Positions 47,764 through 57,181 of a stretch of 64,000 nucleotides of DNA are shown in pieces. The stretch spans positions 1 to 64,000 of the forward strand of contig JALAGF010003606.1 in the NCBI GenBank assembly GCA_030167865.1, written 5' to 3'. Position 1 is the first letter of the stretch. The number at the start of each line of letters is the position of its first letter. This DNA is from Craspedostauros australis (taxonomy: Eukaryota). The position numbers and the translations under genes are program-made. The notes beneath the pieces were generated by a model. It did not search any database. It was not told the DNA's origin and saw nothing but the letters and a program-made list of their open reading frames with translations.

Positions 47764-48133
47764 TGAGTGGCATTGGGAGAAGTACGTAGCGCTACTTATA
47801 TTTACATGGCACGATACCTGATGGGTTTTGTGATGAATGCAATGGTCATGTAACGAAGTGACCCGAACAGTACTTCTAGTCTCAATATGATAAACTAGAC
47901 CAAGTGGATGCTCGGTCACTTGACACAATCACATTCGTATCTTTCGGACAAGCTGACAAATGCGTCAGCACATTGAATGAATCCGCAGACAGACTGACCA
48001 TGGTGATGGCACATCAGCAGAAACGAACGAACGATCTTTCGTTGCTTCTGTTTTTCCAACAAACAAGACCACCAACACATCCACATCGACCCTGTTCCAG
48101 CATCCACACAAACACCAAACTCTGACAACAATC

Positions 48134-49029
48134 ATGAAGCTCTCCCTTTTGATCGCCCTCGTCGCCCTCTTCGGAGCTGATGCCTTCACGCCACGTGAGT
48201 CCTGGCTGTTGCATGAATACGCATGAATACGCACGAATACGAAGACTCGTTGGTGTGCTCATTTGCATTCATCACGACACATCACATCACGTAATCGAAC
48301 AATGATACTATTCTGACACCCTCCGTTCTTTCTCTTGCCATCAACAACAACGACGACGATCACGACGACGACCATCATCACCCACAGAGGCCCAAAAGGC
48401 CAACAATGCCAAGTTCGACCTGAAGACGGCCGCGGCAAGCGCAATCGCCGCCATCGCCATCGGGATGACCAACCCACTGCCAGTCGATGCCGTTGATTTC
48501 CCAATGCAACCACCGGCCATCTACTCCTCCACCAACATGGTCGCTGAGAAGGTCACGCGTCAGGGTATGTACGGTGACTATGAAGTCGATCTCACCCAGA
48601 CGGTGGATGATGCCGAGTCCACCTTCAAGTCCGCCAAGGAGACCAAGACCAAGAAGGGTAAGTATCATGTGCGAGCGTATGAATGCGTGTTTGTTTGCAT
48701 GGCATGAATCTGCAGGAAAACTGTCAAGATTGTCAACATTGTCAATATTGCGTTCGACTCACACAAAGCCAACAACAACAACAACAACAACACATGCTGT
48801 GTATTGCGCCTCTTCCACACCATACCCTTCGACCCGCAAATGTAAACACTGTCAACCACAAAAAACAACACTTTCAGGAAAATACACTGCCATCCTTGCC
48901 ATTCTGATCGTCGGGTCCTTCATCGTTCCAATGGCTCAGTATTTCTGGTACGTCCGCGACGATGATTCTTCTGACCAGTTCTTTGCCGAGGATGTCCCAG
49001 AGCCACCAAAGAAGAAAGGTTGGTTCTAA
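48134..49029 (+). CDS. Small plastid (thylakoid) single-TM protein of unknown function (3 exons)
   Basis: Exons 48134-48194, 48388-48657 and 48878-49029 (both introns phase 1). MKLSLLIALVALFGADAFTP is a signal plus AF motif. A second hydrophobic segment ends PVDA, followed by TM YTAILAILIVGSFIVPMAQYFW and a C-terminal PPKKKGWF. Confidence 0.8.
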
Positions 49030-49714
49030 GCATCGGCAATAGCAACGCCAACACCAGCAGCAACATGATGTAATTTCTTTGATTTCGCACTGCGAGTTAT
49101 GGAGATTAATGCCTTGCATGTTGGATGACTCAGACAGTAAGAGGCGCGGTTCGATGTTCTACTTGCTTCAGCAATGGGTGACTTGATGAGACGCAAGTAG
49201 GCAACGAAAGAGCGACGCAACTCGGTTCATCACGAACAATCGGTACTACAACACTAAATAAAACTTGCTAGCATGAGATATAATGCAGCAGAGTACTATG
49301 CCCTGTTTGCAACAGCGTTCATTGCTCTTGTCGTTCTTGGCTTCTTCTTCGTCGCGCCAATAGTCTGAATGGAGCAGAGGAGGGAGGAAGTGAGGCGAGG
49401 CGAGGCGAGGCGAAACTGCAAACGCCAGCACATTTCAACAGCGCCAATCGAGTCACGAGACATCATGTCATTCACGATCTGGCGCACGGCGCAGCCACAA
49501 AAAGAGAGCGAGGGAACCGCGAATGTTGTTGGGCTCCTCTCGGATACCTCCACGATACTATGACGCAAACATCCGCCAAGTTAGCATCATAGCCGTAGAA
49601 TACAATACTGGCAACAACGATCACAAAGAACAAGAGCAAGGATCAACAGAGGACTCCACTACTCTATAAACGTTGAAGACACTGCTCTACCCGTGATTCC
49701 GTCAAGACAGCACC

Positions 49715-50107
49715 ATGCTCGCCAAAGCTGCGCAACAGTTCCGCATGTGGATGCCCCAAATGCCCATGATGATGGTATCCGCACGCAACGCCACGCTTTC
49801 GCATCCGGCGACGGCCACATTCCGTGTCCTGCCGCGCATGACGAAGCACGAGATCAAGGAGTACCTCACCAAGATATACAACCTCCCCGTCAAGAAGGTC
49901 AACACGAGCAACTACCTTGGCAAGCGCAAGGCCTTGCGCACCACAAAAGCGACGATGTATTACAAGTACGCAGATTTCAAGAAGGCCATCGTCACGTTCG
50001 ATAATTCTTTGATCGATGTTGGCAAGGCCATGCGCATACCGGAGATGGACGATGTCGATGATGAAGAGGAGGATAACGCTGCTGCCTTGACGCCCGGGGC
50101 ACCATGA
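49715..50107 (+). CDS. MRPL23: Mitochondrial ribosomal protein uL23m
   Basis: FRV.P.MTK.EIKEYL.KIYNL.V.KVNT.NY.GK.K and D.KKAIV are uL23 signatures. The W.P.M.M leader is typical of the mitochondrial form. Confidence 0.9.
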   Translation: MLAKAAQQFRMWMPQMPMMMVSARNATLSHPATATFRVLPRMTKHEIKEYLTKIYNLPVKKVNTSNYLGKRKALRTTKATMYYKYADFKKAIVTFDNSLIDVGKAMRIPEMDDVDDEEEDNAAALTPGAP

Positions 50108-50525
50108 TCAATGCATGGAGCATGAATACCTTGCGCAGTGTGAGTTCTGCTTGTACGAATGATGGTAGTTGCGGCATCGCAGCATCGCAACAAGACAGCT
50201 CCACCCATTGGGAGGCAGAAGAGAGAGAGAGAGAGAGAGAGGCGGAGATTGGTGCGATACTTATGCGAGTACAAGACGCCAACCGTTCCCAGAATAGCAA
50301 CCTAAACTACTAGAGAGAACAGAGAGATCATTCTCATGATTTTCTGTGGTAATCGTGTACATGATGTGATGCCTGGTCGGATCCTTGTAACAGTCGTTGA
50401 GCAAGATGTTCGTGGTCAAGCGTTTCAGATGGAGCGCCGGAAGCTTCCCGCTTTTGTCATACAATTGTTGCCAAAGTCTTGCATCATGAGCAGCACCACC
50501 CAGGCGAACGTACGAGCAGACACTG

Positions 50526-51437
50526 TCATCTATCCATGACTATGGAAGTCATGGTTGGTGGCCATTCATCTTGCTGCGTCGTCGCTTGCCCCTCGGACAT
50601 TCTCCCTGTTTGGTTTGAATCGGGATGATTGCCGCTGCTGTTGCCATTGTTTGCAACGTGGTTGGAATGATCATCCATCAGGCCATCGATCGAATCCAGT
50701 TTGGGAACCGCAAATGAATTCAACATGCCGTAAATGATCGGAACTGCTGTAAAGATGCACACCATCGAAACTGGGAGGTAGACCGACCATTGCTTTCGTG
50801 GGTAGTATTCAATGCCCCTGGTGGTTGATACATTGAGCATTGAATGAATCCTTGTGAGTTTGATGGATGATGGGCGTCAAGAAGAACAAAGTGATCCTGC
50901 CGAGCAGAATGATGCGGCACCGCGCATACGATCGGTTCATTGGAACATCCTGCTGGTGATCGTGTGCGCATGTCTTTGCGGAGGTCCAAGCTATCGTAGC
51001 TCGTATGTAGACACTCACCATGACTCAAGGTCGTCCTCCGAGAGCACCGACCATAGAACGTACGAGATCGCCAACGGGATCAGAAGGAAGTGGCATGTGA
51101 AGCACGTTTGCTGATTTCTCAAAACAATGAAGGGCAAGGATATTTGCATTTTATGTACGTATGCGACAAACGAAGAAGGTGTGCAGGTTAGTCATCTTGC
51201 CATGGTCATGGTCATGTATTCTACATCCCATACTCATACAATGGATTCCAGCAAGCATCAAGCATCAAACATGGACGCATAGCTCACTCTTGATCGCTCG
51301 GATTGCGGTCCTCACAAGAGACCGCCGTGTTGTGTTCGTACCTCAAAAGGCGACTCCGGAGTGTACTTCGAATCGACAGCAGCCGCAACATCGTGCTTGT
51401 CTTGGCCGTCTTTGCACGGCTGCGATCGTGGGGTCAT
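50526..51437 (-). CDS. GPI-GlcNAc transferase complex subunit PIG-P-like (3 exons)
   Basis: Exons 51437-51342, 51110-51019 and 50817-50526 (GTACGA...TCAG and GTGAGT...CCAG). The spliced product YVLWSVLSEDDLESWGIEYYPRKQWSVYLP...N....PKLDS...LMD matches the PIG-P pattern. The first exon is the least certain. Confidence 0.75.
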
Positions 51438-52077
51438 GGCTGAAGAACACGGCTGATGCCGTCGCTCTTGTTGTGTGTCATTTGGGAGAGAGCCCGCATC
51501 GTGGATGCTTCGTTGATGCGAAATCGTGGACCGCGCCAACAACACGAAAGAAGCGGCATCAAGTATCTTGTTGTAGTCGACTGACTCAAATACGACACGA
51601 TTTCTGGGACGAAGCCAAACGAAGATCTCTTCTCGTTTTCTTGTGCGTGTTGGCGGCAAACACAAACACGAGACAAAAGAGACAAAAGCGATGCAACGCG
51701 AAGACAACATCCGCAACATCTGCCCAAGAGAGCAAACTTACCTACGACTACTACTTACACTCATAGTCGTACCAACTGTCTCGTTGCATGCCCTCTGCCG
51801 CATTTGCACAATCCATCCATCCAGCCAGCCGGCCTTTGTGAGGAGGTATCGTTGTGTCCGAACCTAATCACAGCTTCTCAATGGTGAAACGTTCTCTGTC
51901 GGAAATGGAACAAAAGACAGAGCAGCCTTCGCCCATGGTGAGTTCGGGTGTGCGGTCTTCCGCTGCGAGACGTGTGCGTGTTGTGCGATTGCTTCGTCGA
52001 GAGTGCTGGGAGCATGCTCGTACACACGATGGTGACTGTGGTTGCGATCCATCCTGCTGATGCATCGTCTTCATAGA

Positions 52078-52112
52078 ATACTTGTACTAATACTTGTACT
52101 GATACTCGTACC
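52078..52112. repeat. 12-nt imperfect tandem repeat (ATACTYGTACYR x3) just upstream of the UBA3 start
   Basis: Read directly from the sequence. Confidence 0.75.
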
Positions 52113-52148
52113 TGTGCTCATGCTTCTGTACTCCACCACGATGATGAA

Positions 52149-53492
52149 ATGCAGCAAGTGGAACAAGCACCAGGAGCCCCCCAGCGGGGATCCCTGCTGA
52201 CCTTGCTCAGCCGGCCGTCGCCATACTCGAATGAATTCGGAACGCTGCCCATCGGAGAGTTCGAACCCATCGCAAAGCCACCATCCGGAACGGCCATCTC
52301 GGACCTCCCACCAAGTCTGCTCACCGCCGCAAAGGTCCTGGTGATCGGGGCGGGGGGCCTTGGTTGCGAGATCCTGAAGGATCTGGCCATGTCGGGGATT
52401 TCAAACGTGCACGTCATCGATCTGGACACGATCGACGTGACCAACCTCAATCGACAATTCTTGTTCCGCCAGAAGGACGTGGGCTCATCCAAGGCCGAGG
52501 TTGCCGCCGCATTCATCAACAAGCGCTGCCCGTGGATGAAAGTCGTCGCGCATCATGGCAACATCAAGGATAAGGCGGCGGATTTCTATTCCACCTTCAA
52601 CGTCATCATCAGCGGTCTCGACAACGTGGAGGCACGTCGGTGGCTGAATGCTACCGTTTGCGGATTGGTAGAATTGGACGAGGATGGAGATCCGGACCCC
52701 TCCACCATCATCCCCATCGTGGACGGCGGAACGGAGGGCTTCGCGGGACAGGCGCGTATCATATTTCCTCGCATCACCTCCTGCTTCGAGTGTTCGTTGG
52801 ATGCCTTCCCTCCGCAGCGCAACTTTCCGCTGTGCACCATCGCCGAGACACCGAGACGACCGGAGCATTGCATCGCCTACGCGTCAATCCTTCAATGGCC
52901 GAAGGAATTCCCGGACAAGAAGCTGGACAAGGACTCGCCGGAGGACATGCAGTGGGTGTACCAGCAGGCGCTGGCGAGAGCGGAGCAGTACAGCATCCCC
53001 GGCGTCACCTACATGCTAACCATGGGCGTGGTCAAGAACATCATACCCGCAGTCGCCAGCACCAACGCTATCGTGTCTGCTGCCTGCGTCGGCGAAGTCG
53101 TCAAGCTGCTCACGTTCATGAGCCAGACCCTCAACACCTACATGATGTACATGGGATCGCAGGGCGTGTACTCCCACACCTTCGTCTACGAACGCAAGGA
53201 CGATTGCGCCGTATGCACGAGCGCCATTCGCAAGCTGGTCCTCAAGCGCACCGACACGCTCAACCAACTCATCCAGCAGCTCAAGGAAGGTGATCTGCGC
53301 TTGCAATCGCCCAGCATGACCAGCGGCGGCGGAAAGACGCTGTACATGGTGAAACCCGCCGCACTGGAACAGGCCACGCGACCGAACCTGGACAAGGCAG
53401 TCTCTTCCTTGCTCGATGCTGGAGAAGAAGTGACCGTGACTGACCCCGTCTTGGAGAACATCAGTCTCAGCCTTTCCATCGAATTCGAATGA
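52149..53492 (+). CDS. UBA3: NEDD8-activating enzyme E1 catalytic subunit
   Basis: Motifs VLVIGAGGLGCE.LK.L, DTIDVTNLNRQFLFR, ARRW.N, FPLCTIAETPR.PEHCI (catalytic Cys) and GVVKNIIPAVASTNA, plus a C-terminal E2-binding domain. Confidence 0.96.
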   Translation: MQQVEQAPGAPQRGSLLTLLSRPSPYSNEFGTLPIGEFEPIAKPPSGTAISDLPPSLLTAAKVLVIGAGGLGCEILKDLAMSGISNVHVIDLDTIDVTNLNRQFLFRQKDVGSSKAEVAAAFINKRCPWMKVVAHHGNIKDKAADFYSTFNVIISGLDNVEARRWLNATVCGLVELDEDGDPDPSTIIPIVDGGTEGFAGQARIIFPRITSCFECSLDAFPPQRNFPLCTIAETPRRPEHCIAYASILQWPKEFPDKKLDKDSPEDMQWVYQQALARAEQYSIPGVTYMLTMGVVKNIIPAVASTNAIVSAACVGEVVKLLTFMSQTLNTYMMYMGSQGVYSHTFVYERKDDCAVCTSAIRKLVLKRTDTLNQLIQQLKEGDLRLQSPSMTSGGGKTLYMVKPAALEQATRPNLDKAVSSLLDAGEEVTVTDPVLENISLSLSIEFE

Positions 53493-53966
53493 ATCTCTCA
53501 ACAACATCGAGTACGATAAAGTTCATGTGTCGGTGAAATCGAAATGCGCACAAATAGAGGGAAATGATTCCACGCTTAAGATTATTGTACATGTGATATT
53601 GTGCATGCTGTTTTCTTGATCTGTTGCTGGTCTCTCCGGAGTTGTGATGAGGTGTGGCTTGGCGTGTCGAGAATAGGCGAGAACCAAACGTGTTGAACCG
53701 TCCGTCGCACACATCCACGGTTGGAAATGGCGCCACGACCAGACCAGTACGACTCCGCAGTCACCATCAAAATCCAAAACGAGAAAACAACACATCAACT
53801 CCAGCGCACAAATACCACTCATCACGCTGATTCAGAGGGGTGAAGACAGAGACAACACTCTCATCAATTGGTGCGTCTTGAAGTCATAATCGACACCTCC
53901 GAAGCTTGTTTTGATCAGCACGAAAGAGCAGAGTGCCCGAGTCCGATCTCCATTGAACCGGCAAAG

Positions 53967-56900
53967 ATGTTCGCCGCCTCGTCTCTGGTTCGACGACGCA
54001 AGTATATCTCCACCCATTTAGGCCGATTGCCAAATGCTGCTGAACGACGATGGAATTCGGGCGATGACGATAGAAGCGGACGTGGGGTTGCCATGTTGCT
54101 CAATGCGATCAAGAAGGCTCCGCGCAACGCTGCACCCAAAAGCGAAGCGGCACAACAAACAAAGAGCAGGCCACCGCAACCGCCTGCAGCACAACCAGCA
54201 AGCAAAAACAACGAGGCCTTTGGCAGCTTCTTTTCCAAGATGCAAAAGAAGCAGCAGGAGGTAAGACCGACCAACCCTATAACACAAGAAGCGGAGCCAT
54301 CATCGATATCACCGGCATCGATGCCACCAAAGCTACGATCGTCAGCGTCAGCACCAACACTTTCTGCGGTGCTGTCCGGGAGGGCTCCAAAATCACAGAA
54401 GACGGCTGCAGCTGGAGCGACGAAAAATCTGGCGTCGTTCTTCGATCAGCTAAATCGTGATCTGGGCAGTTCAGAGACAGTCGATCCGAGTGAAATACGC
54501 CCTGCAAACGACGCTGAGAAGGGAAACAGGACGACAGATGTCAGCAATCCGAACGAAAGCGACGTCACGGGCCGTGGACCCACCGTTGCACAAGCCACGA
54601 GCACAAGCAACCAACGGCCCATTTCGGATTTGTTTCCATCCAGGAAGAGGAGGAGCGCAACCGCCTACAATGAGCACAGATACGATGAGTACATGGCGTT
54701 GATGGAAAGAATCACCCAAAATCCGCAATTTCGCGGAAAGGCCAAGAGATGCGGAGTTTCGGAAGAGACGCAAGATGCGATCGTGCAGTGGTTGGAAGCC
54801 GAGGAGGCTGCGATACCCACCAGTTTGCCAACACTGGAAAAGGCCGTGTCCGAAGGGCTGACGAAGGAAGAGATGTTGGCTGCCAAAGAGAACTTGCGAG
54901 AGGATCTGAAATCTCAGCGCAAGGCATTCCATGACAAGTTCGGTTGGACCGAAGCGGAATGCGAAGTGGCGATAGGTGCATTGATCCAAACTGGCAACCG
55001 CTGCGCAAAGACGTCAAACGCAGGCCCGTTGGATGTGGCCTGGCGCAAGATGAAGGAGATTGGCTATTCCATGAACAAGAACATGCTGAACAACTACCTC
55101 TTCGTCAGTTCCACCTTTTCACCGTCCCTGTCATCGTCGACTTCCAGATCATCGACTTCGTCGATATTGCCAGACAAAGGATTGCATTCCAACATTCTTG
55201 ATCTCTTGGGTGCCACCCGCACCAAGGGATCAGGGTCGGCACTGTCATCATTGTCGCCGATATCCACCCTGAATGACGAAGATGACAGAAACATCGACTA
55301 TTCTTCTTTCGGAAACAACAACATGCCATCCAGCGCGACATCGAGCAGCAGCATCGATAATAGTGGCATCCGCGATGGAGGCTTTGGCGACGATGTACCA
55401 CTGCATTCGAACGCCGCGCCAATTGATATTGCGACGGAGACCGCCATTTGCCAGGACACGCTGTTCGAACCATCTGAACAGAGTCTGAGTATCCGTGTAA
55501 GGCTGCTGGTCTCACAAGGCAATCCCAGAGAAGCTGAGGCCTTGCTCGACGGCAACAGGAAGGAAGGTGACGTGCTGCGTCTGCGAACGTACGCTCCGAT
55601 ATTCGAAAGCTATCTCAACGCGGGGGATGTCCTACCAGGCATGATGCTGTATGCCAAGATGAGGAATTCGGAAGGTGTCTTTCTTCAGCCTGAAAACTAC
55701 GTTCAGCTGATTGCATCGCTGGCGGAGAATGGATTCCTCAAGCCCGATGCTCCTGTGATTCCAGAAATCGCCGACGTTGGCTACGATGTCGCCTCTGGTC
55801 CAGAGCTGATGGACCGACTGGCCGCGGATATGGCGGAAGACGTTCTGGAAATATCCGCAGCAGCTGCCAAGCGGCTCTACAATTCCATCCAAGCTGGATT
55901 TGCGGGTGAGGAATGCAGCAAGGACTTGCAACCCCTTCATATTTTGGAACCGTTGCAGGTCTGCAACGCGCCAGCCGATCCGAAGGAGGTGATCGCCGAC
56001 CGCGTCGCAGTGGACGAAAGAACCGGCAAGTGCCCGCGATCGGGTGTTCAGCTGCGATTGATCCCTCTTGGAGACCAGCACAAACGCCAGCTGCGAGATG
56101 GATTGATTCATTTGACTGCCGAGGCTTACGGAGAGCGGCACAAAACAGAACCCACTCTTGCTGTTGATAGCTTGAACGAGTTCAGCACGTGGCTTGAGTA
56201 AGTGCAATTCGATTGAAAGATGGCATAACATGCTGTTGTCTGCTTGGTTTTGATGCTTCAAGTTTGGAACATGCCGTTCCTTCTCGTCATGACCGACTAT
56301 GCTAACTTTGCCACGTTTGTTATCTCTTGCACCCTCCTCTCCTCTCCACCCCAAAACCCTCCCCGGCTCTCTGCGTTGTTGCAATTCACAGCACACGGGA
56401 AGGCAGGCCATTTACGGCGATCATTGATGGTGCGAATGCTGCGTACTACATGCAAAACTACGACGAAGGGCGGTTCAATTTTCATCAGATTGAGTTCGTC
56501 GTCAACACTCTGGAGGAGATGGGCGAACAAGTTTTGGTCGTGATCCCGGAACGGTACATGCAGAAGACTTTCATGGTCCACAAGACCACGGGATCATTCC
56601 GACAAGTTGTGTCAACAACAGAGGATGTTGCTCGGCAGAAACTGCTGCAGGAGGGCAAGCTATACGTCGTCCCATTCGGGATGCTGGACGATTACTACTG
56701 GATGTACGCAAGCGTCGCCGACCAGCGAGCCGCATGCGGCGATGAGAGTATGTTCGTGGAACCCGACAACAAGGAAGGCAGATGGCCTGGCATTCGACCG
56801 ATGCTGATCTCCAACGACAAGATGAGGGATCACAAGCTCTCGCTGTTGGAACCACGTCTGTTCCGCAGGTGGTACAGCAACTTCATTGTCAATTTCACCT

Positions 56901-57079
56901 TCTCGCCCTTCATCAAAGATGTGCAGCCCAAGAGCGGCATCGGGTTTACCACGGCAGATTTCTACAGCAGGGAGATCCAGGGCAACCCGTCCCCGGATTC
57001 GAAATCAACGACGTGGCATCTGCCCGTCAGCGATTGGGATGACGGGCATGTGTTTTGCATTCGGATTCCGCGGCACTAA
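53967..57079 (+). CDS. Protein-only RNase P (PRORP family), copy A, with mitochondrial-like presequence (2 exons)
   Basis: Exons 53967-56197 and 56392-57079 (GTAAGT...CACAG, phase 2; restores WLDTREGRPF). PPR-like RLRTYAPI, NYN-domain motifs IIDGAN, DDYYWMYA and ISNDKMRDH, then FRRW and WHLP. Confidence 0.88.
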
Positions 57080-57181
57080 AAATAACGATGTACGAGAACT
57101 CGTAGAGAGCTGCCATGATTGCGCTACCCATTGCATGTGTGCATCCATTGTCTTGCTCTAATAGCGTACGTACTCGTGTAT

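Noticed and set aside
49135..49200. GGTTCGAT T-loop-like motif suggesting a tRNA or SINE
   Set aside because: Flanks do not form a T-stem or cloverleaf, and no A box or acceptor stem is visible.
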